NCBI GenBank assembly: GCA_951406725.2
Contig: OX597815.1
Location: 187,178,001 to 187,242,000 of the forward strand
Source of the DNA: Octopus vulgaris
Taxonomy: Eukaryota
Length of the DNA: 64,000 nucleotides
Reading direction: 5' to 3'
Below, in pieces: positions 39,520 to 51,950 of the stretch (its first letter is position 1; every line of letters begins with the position of its first letter). A program made the translations under genes and the position numbers. The notes beneath the pieces were generated by a model, which was not told the origin of the DNA, did no database searches, and was given only the letters and a program-made list of their open reading frames with translations.

Positions 39520-40632
39520 GTTGAAGCATGAAGAGTGTGCGGTGTGCTTTGAGAGGCACAGAAGTGTGTAGGGAGAGGAAAGAGTGTGAGAGATATAAAG
39601 TGGAAGTAAGAGGAAGAGATAGACACAGGAAGAGAAAGAGAGATAAAGGGGGGAATAAAGTAAAGAAAAAAGATGGAAAGATAAGAGAAAAATGATAGAA
39701 AAATAAAAGAACGAAAAAGAGGGGGGAAAAGGAGGAATAAATGCGTGAGATAAATGATAGAGAAAGTGTGGGGAGAAAAGTATTAGAGAATGGAGGGGAA
39801 TAAAGATTGTGAAAAGAAATAGACAGAAAGTGAGAAGAAGAAGAGATAGAGACAGCGATAGAAGGAAGAGATAGAGAAAAAGTGATAGGAGTAAAGTAGA
39901 GGGAAAAAGACGGTGTGTGGAGAAAAGGATAGAGAGAGAGATAGATAGATAGATAGATAGAGGAAGAGTAAGTTAAAAGGAGAGAAAGTGTGAGGAGAAA
40001 GGACAAGTGTGAGGGGAAAAGGACAGAGATAAAAAGGAGAAAGGATAGAGAGATAGAGAGAGTGTGTGTGTGGAGAAGGGATAGAGAGAAGTGTGTGTGG
40101 AGAAAGGATAGAGAGAAGTGTGTGTGGAGAAAGGATAGAGAGAAAGTGTGAGGAGAAAGGATAGAGAGAAAGTGTGAGGAGACAGGATAGATGTGAGGGG
40201 AAGGATAACGAGAGGAAAAGAGTTGATGTGAGGGGGGAAATGGTAAATAGAAAGTGTGAAGGGAAAGTGTTGAAGAGAAAAGGATATAGTGTGAGGAAAA
40301 GGGGGAGCAAATGATTAGAAACAGTGTGAGGAGAAATAGAGAAACTGCGAGGGGAAGGTTGGAGGGGAGAGTGAGGAAAAAGATATAAAAAAACAGCGAG
40401 GGGTGTAAAAGAGAGAAAGCGAGAGGATAAAGTGGGAGGAGAAACATGAGAAAATAGAAAGGCAAAGAAGGAGGGGAGAAGAATTGGGTTGGGAGGAGGG
40501 GAGGAGAGAAAAAGAAAGAAACAAGAAAAGAGAAAATGATAAAGAGTAAAACAGTGGAAGTAAAAGACAGAAAGAAAAGAGGAATTGTGTGTGTGTGTAA
40601 CAGAGTGGAAGCGAGAGAGAGAGAGAGAGAGA
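39520..40632. repeat. ~1.1 kb GA-rich low-complexity polypurine tract
   Basis: Plus strand is almost C-free; includes (GATA)n, (GA)n and AAGTGTGAGGAGAAAGGATAGAG-like units. Confidence 0.9.
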
Positions 40633-43600
40633 ATTACAACTAAAGTTATGTCGAGTAGAAGAAACCTTAAGCCATTTAAATAGGCAATCTATTTTAGGTT
40701 ATTAATTGTCTCAGGCAACAAAAAACCTAGGCTATTTGATATGAAATTGTCAAACAACTTTAGATATTTTTCACTGTTGCTGAAATTTCCTTGCAACAAA
40801 AATGAAAATTAAAATTCGCCCCAATCAGAAAAGAATACCCGCAATTATTAAATATTTAAGTTGAATGAATTTTAAAATTGGTTCGAGTTTCTTTTTGTTT
40901 TAAAATTTGAAAAAAAAAATTTTTTTATTAAAAAAAAATTAAAATTTTTGTTGTAAGAGAATTAAACAAAGGAAATAATGTATCGATTTCTGTGAAATTA
41001 TTGAAATAAAAACCTATTATTTTAGATTTTATCTTCAGAAAACATGTAAAAAAATAATATTAGAGTGTGTGTGTGTGTAAGAGAGAATGTGTGTGTGTGT
41101 GTGTATATTAGGTATCTTTTTAATTTTATTTTCGGTAAACTGCAACTGAGGAAGAATCGCGTGAAACTAAGTGTGTGTGTATGTGTAGGAGGGGAAGAGT
41201 ATAGAGAATTGGGCATATTTACAAAATAACTTCGCTTTCCTCGCGGATTTACAGAGAAATGAATTAATTACTATTTTACAGAATAAAATTAATGAATTAA
41301 TTATATAAATTAAATAATTCTTGAAAATTAATTAATATTAATAATATTTTTAACTCAAGAAAATACCAAAATTTAATTAAACTCAAGTTCGATGTAGTAG
41401 TAAGTAGATGGATAGCGTACTACAATAACACATAATATTATTTTATTACTCGTTGAATTTTATCGAATTGGATAGAAATGAATTAGTTGTAATATCAGTG
41501 AGAATATTAACCAGAAATAAATGTGAATACTTAAGCTAAGTCAAAAAAAAAAAAGAATACAGCCGCAAGCGAAGGCAAGATGCCTAAATAATTATTATTC
41601 TATGAGATTACAAACATTTCTGTCAATAAAATACCGAACAAAACTTAACTGAAAACTACATTAGAAAAGTTTAAATTTATTTTTAAAAAAATAAAACAAA
41701 ATAAAATAAAAACATAATAAAATGTATCTGCGTAGACAAATCAACTTAAAACAATCGCTTTTTGTAATCAAGCAGCAGTGACAAGAGAAATTAAGTGGAT
41801 AACAGTAGAAAATGGGGAAAAGGTTTTTCAGACTGTTGAAATAGGCAATAATGCTACATTTAATGCAGGCTCGATAAAATAACATACGCCAGTGAAAGAA
41901 TCAGTAAAGATCTAGGTCATTGGATTATCCGATTCAAAAGTAAAAATACAATTAAAAGAATTTACAGTTGCAATTAAAAGAATTTACAGTTGCATTATAT
42001 ATATATATATATATATATATAATGCAACTGTTATAGTTTCTCTTTAACGTCTCACAATTAAGTAATTAAGTAAGCTTCAATATTTTCTTTTAACATACAC
42101 AAACAGTTTAATTCAAACACCTATAATCAAATTACAAAACTGTGCAAAAATTGTTTTAAACATTTGGATGACGCACACACGCAATTATACAACGTACATA
42201 AAAGAAAAAAAATAATATGCGATTCTTGTAAATATACAAAATTAATCCCTCTGTATTATATATATATGTGTGTGTGTGTGTGTGTATATATTATTATATA
42301 AACAATTCCCATATACACACATGTAAACAACCCTTACACGTAAACAGTACGTTCACATATAAACAGTATTGACACACACGCGATTACGCAATTTGTATTA
42401 TAAGATGAAGTGGAAAAGCGCTTAAAATTAATTTAAGCATGTTCCTTTCTTCCACAGAAAAATATTTATAAGAACATGTCAAATGAACAACGGAATTGTA
42501 ATAAATATACTGATGAGGAAGAAGAAGGAGGAGTCAGAAAGCTGTCAGAAAGAGAACCCGTTGAAACATGCATTTCTCAGTTCTTCCTTCTTTCAACAAC
42601 AGCACAGCTAGTTTTTAATGTTTTGTCAAGCAAGCAGTTCGAGTGTCCAGATAAAAATTGCCATCGTTCGAAAAAAAGCAGGCTGGAGAATCAGTGGTGA
42701 AGGTTAGAGGGGACATTAATCGACTCTAAGTTAACACCCCATTCAAGAAATGCATAACAAGGCTGTCAGTCAGTAGAGAAAGTCCAACAAGTGTTCGGTT
42801 ACAACAAATTAGATACATTTGAAAACGTTCAACAGAAGATGCAAGTTGCCTGCAATCATTATTATTATCATTATTATTATTATTATTTTCTTTTGACTTG
42901 CAAAATAACAGCAATAACTGCTTGGTTATATTTGAAAATTTAAATATAGCGCAAAGAAGGTGGGTATCCCGTTTAGGTTCACAAGCAGTGCCGACCGTTT
43001 TCGGTGGTTACTACTTTCAGGAAAACATGCTACACAATCAAGGGATACTATTTCATATTAACCCCCTACCTCCTGCAGGAGGTGGACCCATTAGGCGGGA
43101 ACATTATCAGGATTCGAAACCGTTAATTAATTGTCGAAACTATAACCGACTATTTTTGCTTTCATTAAGCACGTTTGATTAAAAAGTCTTAAAAACACGA
43201 CAAATTCATTCAATTTTAATACTAGATTTAATTTACTGAACGTAAACTATGATTTTGTAATCAATTTTTATATAAGAAATATTACAAGGAGAGAAAAAAA
43301 AAACATTTTTAAAGCAAAAACAAGTGCTTTTTCATTAAAAAAAATATTAACGATGTAATACAACGAAATAAAATTGAGAATGAAATTTATCAAGGATACA
43401 CTTATTTATGATTTATTTATATCAAACAAAGGGAAATATGAGATAATTATTGTTTCTAATCATAAGATATAATATATACATATATATTAATGTGAAGGAC
43501 AAAAACTTAACATAGATATATATATGTATGTATGTATGTATATATATATACAATTTTATAGACACAGCATGTTTTTATTATTTAGAAAATAATTAGAGAT

Positions 43601-45273
43601 AATCCTTAACTCCAAAAGCGAAATAAACATTGCTACACTAATCGATTTATCAGACTTATAAAACCTAAGCAGTTTAGAGATAGAGGGGAGGGTGGTTAAA
43701 GGAGAGAGAGAGAAAGAAAGAAGAGGTGAAGGGGGGAGAGAAAGAATCGTCTTGACTAAATACACAAACGGCAGCTTTAAATACATATTTAGATAGAAAG
43801 AAAAGAGTAGTGAAGAGAGAAAGAGGGTGGGGAAAAAGAGAGAAAAAGGAGGAGGAGAAAAGAAACCCATATACATAAATATATTAGAAATAGAAGCTAT
43901 GTGAAGTTGTTGGCTTCCAGCTCTACCTACATACACCAACTTTGATAGGAAACTAAACAGCAGCAGGCGAAAGCAGTGTAAAGGGGAGGCAGGTCTGTGC
44001 CAATTAAGGGGAGAGGGAGGACGAATTAAGATTTTTCACGATAGTATTATTAACCCTAGAACTTGGTGGATTTCAAATGAAATTCTTATTTAAAAAATTC
44101 ATGCTACTAATATTGTTTCTGTGTATTTTACTGGGTATCAATTTTCAGTTTCACTTTAGTATTAATGAGAAATTATTTTCCTCTATATCAATTTTATTTT
44201 TTTTAATGAAATATGAAGAATAAAAATGAACGATTTCGTTTTTCAAAATATTTCAATTGATTTCTTATTCAATCCACGTTCCGTAAAATGGTTCCAAATT
44301 AAATTTTGAAAAGTTTAATAAAGTGTTTATACAAAATTCATTATTATTTTTTTTTACTGAAGTACGTTGATATATTTGTAATAAATCTAATAATTTCTGT
44401 TAAAGAAATATTTAAAGCGAATGATTTCTAAATCATTTTTAAAATCGAAAGAAAAAAAATTATATTTTATCGATAAATAATTCTGATAAAACATGAAAAT
44501 AAATCTCCTTGGTAGAATAAGATAATCAATAAAAAATCAACGATAAAGCAGCTATCAAACAAAAATAACAGGGATAATTTTTTTCTTCTTTTCAAAAAGA
44601 AATCTTGTTACGCAATAAAGCAGAATGTTTGTTCATGCTGCTGAGGAATAATAATGTATATGATAACTTAAAAAAAGTCACGAAGTACAACACCCATTTG
44701 GGACTAAGTGACTGAAAAACTGTAGATATAAAACTTGATCTAACAGTAAGATTGTGGAAAACTAATTTTTATATAATACTGGATGCTCACCTTGAGAACA
44801 AAAAGTGAGATAACAACGACAGCTGACTAAAAGCTTTCTTCTATAAAATAAAACGTCAATCAACAGGCCATGATTTATCAACAGAAAGCATTGAAATGAA
44901 TCAATAAAGGTTTTGAAAAACGCGATCTCTTTAAGTTGGTGTTTGAAAAATAATTTTTCACACAGCAATAGGTCGCAGTGGAAACATTATCAATCAAGTG
45001 TTTGGGCTTGACTTATGAAAACAGGTGATTTAAAAAAAAAAAAATATAAACAAAAAACAAAAAGAGAAAAAGCAATCCTGCTATGTGTAAACAAACTACA
45101 TCCAACATCATTTTACTGATTCATAAGAAAATATATTCATATGAAGAAGCAAATGAAATAAAACAACAACAAAAAAAATTAGTTTGTGGGGGAAAAAAAA
45201 TAAATGAACATATGTAAAGTTTTTTTTTTTGTTTTTTTTAAAGATAAAATCAATTATTGACTAAAATTCTTAC

Positions 45274-45525
45274 CTGGCCATGTGAAGGGAGTTCTCCTAT
45301 AGGAGTGTCTTTAGGAAGGAAATATAGACGTAAGCTTGATAAATTCTGCTTATGAACATCCTGCCACAAGAGTTGAATTTCACCAATACATAATGGTCCA
45401 TCACGCAATAATTTGAGAAAGAAAAATTCTCCAGGAGAAAGAATCTTTGTTTGGCCTTCCTTGAAATATCTAAAAGCCTTGTAAAATATGTAAGATCCAT
45501 GTTTACCACAAGGCGACCCGACAAA
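45274..45525 (-). CDS. ARID5B: ARID5B-like gene, coding exon 2 (84 aa, N-terminal BAH-like region)
   Basis: Acceptor ttttaatatag| and donor CAG|gtaaga enclose 252 open nt: FVGSPCGKHGSYIFYKAFRYFKEGQTKILSPGEFFFLKLLRDGPLCIGEIQLLWQDVHKQNLSSLRLYFLPKDTPIGELPSHGQ. This closely resembles the recalled human ARID5B N-terminus (WVGSPCGLHGPYIFYKAF...LSLGDFFF...IAELQLLW...LYFLPEDTP...HGE). Confidence 0.95.
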
Positions 45526-45901
45526 CTATATTAAAAAAAAAAAAGTTAAAAGTAATCAAATTCTACATAAATTTTTTTGGAAAGCAACATTTCGCTTATA
45601 ATAGTTTCAATTAAAATATCCATATTTTAAAGAAATAAAATCGAAACTTTCAAGAACTCATCAAATACAAGAAACAAGTTTTTTTTTTTTATTATTTATG
45701 TGAAATAAATAAAATTCAAAGAATTAAGAATTTGATTAATTTCTTTCAAGTATAAACTTCGAGAAACTAATTCAACAAGTGGCGATACAAATTTCCTTTT
45801 TACTTATAATCAAATATTTACTATTATAAATAAAATATTTAATGGCAACCCCCTCCCACAAGTTTTTAATTTAATTTCAACTTAAAGAGCAAAACACTTA
45901 C
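45526..45901 (-). other. ARID5B: ARID5B intron 1 (376 nt, GT-AG, phase 0)
   Basis: gtaagt...ttttaatatag between the two in-frame exons. Confidence 0.9.
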
Positions 45902-45925
45902 CTGAAGTTTTGGGTCTTCTTCCAT
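45902..45925 (-). CDS. ARID5B: ARID5B-like gene, coding exon 1 (MEEDPKLQ), phase-0 donor
   Basis: Minus strand reads gcgATGGAAGAAGACCCAAAACTTCAG|gtaagt, a consensus donor. An in-frame TAA lies 6 nt upstream of the ATG. It joins exon 2 in frame and mirrors the short first coding exon of vertebrate ARID5B (MEPNSLQ, recalled). Confidence 0.9.
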
Positions 45926-45981
45926 CGCTGGTTACTCGGAACCAACTGTCTGCATTTCCGCATGTAAAAACTTCAACAATA

Positions 45982-46014
45982 CTTTTTATATTCCAATTCT
46001 AATTAGTGACGTCA
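45982..46014 (-). promoter_or_regulatory. Candidate proximal promoter elements: full CRE palindrome TGACGTCA (46007-46014) and TATA-like TATAAAAAG (45990-45982)
   Basis: Both motifs are read directly, 57-89 nt upstream of the ARID5B ATG. TSS unknown. Confidence 0.35.
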
Positions 46015-47451
46015 TCCTTTGAAGAGGTGCTTCATTAGCATAATCTATTCAAAATATCAGCGCACGACGCTCCACAAACAAGAAGAATCGTATATTCAGA
46101 TGATTTAATATTTTTCTTCGTTTTTTCCTAAATCTGATGGTTTAATTTATATTGATACGTATATGTATGGATAATATTTAAACGCGTGTCCCGGTGATAG
46201 AATTTTCTCTCAAGTGTATATCTCCGTTAGCTGTTCTCTCCCTCTATATATATATATATATATATACATATATATACATATATATATTTCGGAAATAATT
46301 TCTTATCTTATTTTTCTCTCATTCCAATCGCTTAAGTCCTCGTTTTCTTTCAATTGAGTGAGTGCACCAAGTTTATATTTGTCTTCCTATCTAAACAGAA
46401 ATTTCGTAGTAGAGGGAAGAAATCAAATAAAATCAAATGAAATCAAATGAAATAAAATAAAATAAAATAAAATAAAATGAATCAAATTATTCCATCACGC
46501 TAAGTTAAATTAAGAAATATATTTCCTCTTGATAATGAAATCTGCAAATGTTGATATTCATTTTTTTTTTTATAATTCCTTTTCTTTTTTTTTTTAAATG
46601 TGTAACATTATTTTATATTTCAAAATAAAAACGATAATTTTTTTTTTTTTTAATTGCAAACGTGTGTGTGTGTGTGTGTAGGTACTATGTAAGGAATCAA
46701 ATTTCTTTTATGTATATATACATATATGTGTGTGTGTGTGTATTTACATATATATATGTGTGTGTGTATTTATATATATGTGTGTGTGTATTTATATGTG
46801 TTTGTGTGTGTGTGTAAGTGCGTGATAAAGCATGTGTGTGTGTGTGTGTGTAAGTGCGTGATAAAGCGTGAGTGTGTGTGTGTGTGTGTGTGTATCTGTT
46901 CCTATATTCCTTGAAAATGCAAAGAATCGCAAACAGATTTTTCACGTCGTCGACAATTCATCAGTACCACCGTACTGGAAGTATTGTTGTTATATGTATG
47001 TGAGCCGCAGCTTGTATGTTATAAGCTACACAAATCTGCCATCTAAATAGGTCACTATTCAATCGTTTTACAAACTCATACGATTGGTCGATAAGGCTAT
47101 GGATGATGAAACGGGTCGTAAAATACCCAATTGCTAAATTAAAATGACTGTTATGGAATAGAAAAATTATCAATATCAAGAGAAACTATTTCCTCTCACT
47201 TTCCCCCCCTCCCTCCCTCCCTCCCTCCCATTCGCTTTCTTTTTTTCCTTCCTTTTTTCCATTTTTCTCTTCTTTATATCTAACTTCCTCGAACCAAAAC
47301 TATCTCTTCCTGTGAGAGACACTTTTTCTTTCATTTGAATTTTTATTTCTTAGTAATAATACAAAAAATTCAATGAAATCAAAATGAAATGAATATTTTC
47401 TTAGTTTGTTGATACAATTAATTTATCAATATACTTTCTCTTTTACACTAG

Positions 47452-47454
47452 GTG

Positions 47455-47485
<31 letters not shown>

Positions 47486-47774
47486 TACATATATATAAAA
47501 TTAAAAGCCTAACTAAAGTTATGTGTATATATAGATATTTATATGTAAGTGTATGTATATATATATATATATATATATACACTCATAAATTTCATATATA
47601 TATATATATACATATAAATTTATATATAACAACTATTAATATATATATATATATACATATAAATTTATATATAACAAATTTTAATATATATATATATATA
47701 CATGTAAATTTTAATTACATAATTAAAATTCTGTGTGTGTGCATATATATATATATAATTAAAATCTTTACTAG

Positions 47775-47842
<68 letters not shown>

Positions 47843-47852
47843 TTAAAATCTA
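47452..47852. repeat. (TA)n-rich degenerate repeat block
   Basis: Direct reading. Confidence 0.9.
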
Positions 47853-49835
47853 ACTAGCTGTGTGTGTGTCTGATACAAAACATTGAATATTTTTGAAAAT
47901 ACTGGAATAAAATTTACTTTGTTAGTAAAATATTAAATAATTCAAGATATTTTAATTAGAAATAATTTAAGCATTACAATTTTCTTTTATTTGATTCAAA
48001 ATTTTCATTATTTGATAAGGAAATATTAATAATTCTTATTTACATAAACTTTGTGTGCGTGTGTATGTGTGTGAGAGATAACGCGCGCGTATGTGTCTGT
48101 GTGTCTGAGTACATATACATACATACGTTGTCGTAAAGTATGTGTATGCGTGTGTGTGTGAGCGCACACACGCGCGTGTCGAATGACAATCTATAGCGTT
48201 AACGATCAATAAGGTTGATGAACTAGGAGCCATTATGGTGTCGGAAATAAAGCACATGTTTTATACAATTAAGAAAAGTGATCAAATTATTGTTGTTCAT
48301 TAAGGTTTTAGTTTTAATTGGTATTCAAGGAAAACGACACAGTATAATTCTGACTTACAAATTACACACACACACATACACTCACTCACTCACAAACAAT
48401 AAAATATTTTTGAAAGTGAGATAAAATTATATATATAAATATATATATATATGTACCTCTGTGTGTTTGTGTGTGTGTGTATAAAATACTGTCATGTTAA
48501 GCTGTATCATTAACTTGAAAACTGAATAATTTCTGCCTGGATTTATAATCTAGTGCCGCTAGCTTGGTAACTACTTCTAATGCACCAATCAAATCCAAGT
48601 ATTTCTTGACTTAAATATTCCTCTTGTGTTTACTGAAGCGTATTTATTTTTTCTCATTGTTAGCTGTTTTGTTGCATTTAATTCTAAATACATTTTATAT
48701 TAAACTTGCGCCTGTTAGGTATGTGTATGTGTGTGCGCGTTCAGTATACATACAGACAGTGAATGTGCGCGCGCGCCTAGATATATATAAATAAATATAA
48801 AAATATCTATCATATATATATATATACATACACATACATTCACTGAATAAAATATTTGCATGTGTTCATTCACTTTATATATGATACACATAGACGTATC
48901 ACATTTATAAATTGAATTGAATACATGCATAAAATGTGTATGTGTGTGAGTTATTCAGATATATTGATCTTTCAACAGCTAATAATTATTAAAAACAGTC
49001 GTGAGCGTGCATAGATACCTACTTTCAGAGAAGAAGAAAAAAAATCATTTGGGAATATTTATTTTACCAATATTTCTTACTAAGGCTAGCTAAGATATTC
49101 CATAGACGACTTTCATTGATACTACTGTTTCTTTCAATAAATATCTATTCATTCTTTCATTTAATTTTACTTGGGGTGAAAACAAATATATTTTAAGGTT
49201 TCTTTCTTTCTTTCTTTTTTTTATCTTAGAGAAGATAACAGATTTTTTTTCAGTAAAATATTTTAAAGCTATAATTATGTGCAGCAGTTAATTGATTTTT
49301 TTTTTTGATTTTTTTGTTTTTCATTTTAATGTTTAATTAAATAAATTACTTTTTAAAAATATGAAAATTTAATACACCATATATAGAAAACTTTAAAAAG
49401 GGAGAACATTAACTAGTTCCATATTTGTATTGAATATCACAGTTGGTTAAAATATCCTTTAAGTTATTTCGGATAAATCCTAATTAAAATAAAAATGTAA
49501 TATTGATTAGCAAAGCAACATCTCTCACTGAAATATGAATGTTGTGGGAAAATAATAGTTAACATCGTATAAACACGTTCTCAAAAGAGTGGCAGCAAGT
49601 CATTAGGAAATATTAATCCAATTAAGGCTAAAGGGAGTCATTCCTCTCACTATACATGAAGATACTAATCAATAATATGATGCCCAATTAAAAGGTTTAT
49701 ACTCCCCATCAACTAAGCATCTTATACAAATAGGCAATGATATAGCTTAGCAATAAGCTATTCAATAAATGAGACAAGAAGAGAAAAAAAAATTGCTTTT
49801 TGATATTTCTACATCAAATTCACTAAATTCTTTTT

Positions 49836-49836
49836 A

Positions 49837-49885
<49 letters not shown>

Positions 49886-50090
49886 GTCTATCTATCTATC
49901 TATCTATCTCTCTCTCTCTCTCTCTTATATATATATATATATATATATATATGATCATCATCATCATCATTTAAACATATATACATATATATATATTATA
50001 TATATATATATGTTATATATATATATATAGATATATATATAAATATGTTTTAGTATGTATATATGTGTGTGTGTATATATATATATATGT
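49836..50090. repeat. (TATC)n, (CT)n, (TA)n compound microsatellite
   Basis: Direct reading. Confidence 0.9.
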
Positions 50091-50266
50091 AAAATTGAAA
50101 AAAAATTTAAATCAACAGGAAATGAATGTGCTAATGCATACTGTATTGAATTAGATGGGTTTAAAAGCTGCTTATATGTCTTTCAAAGATAACGGTACTT
50201 CAAGACTTTTTTTTTTTGCATGACTTTATAACATACTACCGATTTCAAATATATTGAATTACAATC

Positions 50267-50314
<48 letters not shown>

Positions 50315-50472
50315 ATGTATGTATCCATAACATACATATATATCATACCTGCCTGCTCTGATAAGCATGCATGGTATTATCTGACATTATCTGACATCTG
50401 GTTTTAAAATGCAGTGTGAAACTGATTGGTAAGATTGGCCATAATAAATATATATTACAGTATACTTTGAGT

Positions 50473-50519
<47 letters not shown>

Positions 50520-50532
<13 letters not shown>

Positions 50533-50893
50533 GCTGAAGTTGTCTGTGTATGGCAGGTTTGGTAGCCTTCAACTAACACTATCTCCTCTGACATCCTGAG
50601 AGTATGATAGAAGAAGGCTTGCTCTTCCTTTTGTAGAAGAAAAAATTCAAATCAAACCATGTTAATGCCAAAAATTATTTACATCAAAAAGGTGCTTTTT
50701 TTCTATGAAAATCCCTATTTTTTACGATTTTTTTACTGCTATGTCGTCATTTTACGGTGTATTTCAACCAGAAAAATGTTTACTTGAAGAGAATAACAAG
50801 CTACATAATGCAAAACTTTTACTTTTCAAAATTTCAAAAATTTCAAGTCTTAAGGTTCGAAACAAACCCGAGCAACGCCAGGCAATACAGCTA

Positions 50894-50894
<1 letters not shown>
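50520..50894 (+). mobile_element. Non-autonomous Helitron, same family, small internal deletion, embedded in (TA)n
   Basis: Same internal sequence, 3' hairpin plus CTAG; 5' end obscured by the TA repeat. Confidence 0.8.
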
Positions 50895-50938
<44 letters not shown>

Positions 50939-51066
50939 CATATGTAAGATGGAGACATACACAGTACCATTTCAATCCCTAATAAGAACAATGATGAAAC
51001 AAAATACATTTTGTTGGACCTATGGTTATGGATTAAACCTGTTGGCGCACACACTTCTAAATTTCT

Positions 51067-51950
51067 GACATTTATTCTAAAAAGCCTGTCCATGTTTTTT
51101 GGGCTCAAGAAAATAAAGTCTACTCTAAAACATATTCCTGATATAGTGTACATATTTTCTAAGCTCAAATAAGTATTTATATTAGTCAAAAGAACCTTGA
51201 AATTAAAAATAGTACATGAACAGACCAAAAGAAAAATGAAATAGAGCATTCTTGCTATTAAAGTAAAGAGATTAACTGAATGCAAGCTTTCCAACAAAAG
51301 ACAATTTTAGTTTAAAATTACTTTTTCCCCCCAGAAATCACATTCAATGTTTCTGGATTTATTTTTAAAAAATAGGAAAAATATGAAAACTCATCTCCAA
51401 ACAAATCCTTACATTTTTGATAATAACACTTCAAAATACAAAATTTCTTCTGTCATAACCTCAAGCTGACCAAAGCATTGTGAGTGGATATGGTTGGTGA
51501 AAACTGAAAGAAGCCTGTCATATATATATGTGTGTGTGTGTGTTGTGAGTGTCCCCAACCACTACTTGACATTTGGTGTTGGTGTGTATACATCCAATGA
51601 CTTAGCAGTTTGGGCAAAAGAGATCAACAAAATAAATACCAGGATTAAAAGAAAATAAGTTTTGGGATCGATGCATTCAACTATCGATGCATTCAACTAT
51701 CGATGCATTCAACTATCGATGCCTTTAAGCTAGTGCCCCAGCATGGCCGCAATCTAAATATCTAAATACTCTACTTTTTGGGGTTTTTTTTGTCTGTTCC
51801 TGTACTATTTTTAATTTCAAGGTTCTTTTGACTAATACAACTACTTATTTGAGCTTAGAAAATATGTACAGTATATTAAGAATATTTTATAGAGTAGATT
51901 TTATTTTCTTGAGCCCAAAAAACATGGACAAGCTTTTTAAAATAAATGTC
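51067..51950. repeat. Inverted repeat, ~185 bp arms (51067-51250 and 51765-51950)
   Basis: For example TGTCCATGTTTTTTGGGCTCAAGAAAATAAA vs TTTATTTTCTTGAGCCCAAAAAACATGGACA. Confidence 0.92.

Larger units (their letters stand above)
1..45273 (-). other. ARID5B: Probable ARID5B intron 2 (>45 kb, runs off the window start)
   Basis: Begins gtaaga after exon 2. I saw no phase-0 exon resembling the expected continuation (DEVIAVSEKVIVKLEDL-like) by eye. A diverged exon could have been missed. Confidence 0.65.

Noticed and set aside
39458-40465. 335-aa minus-strand ORF (longest in the track) and overlapping ORFs
   Set aside because: F/L/S-rich translation of a CT-rich low-complexity tract that lacks stops for compositional reasons
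45297-45524. 75-aa ORF as an independent gene
   Set aside because: It is the alternative frame of ARID5B exon 2 with a TTG start at the exon edge; only meaningful as part of the overlapping uORF hypothesis
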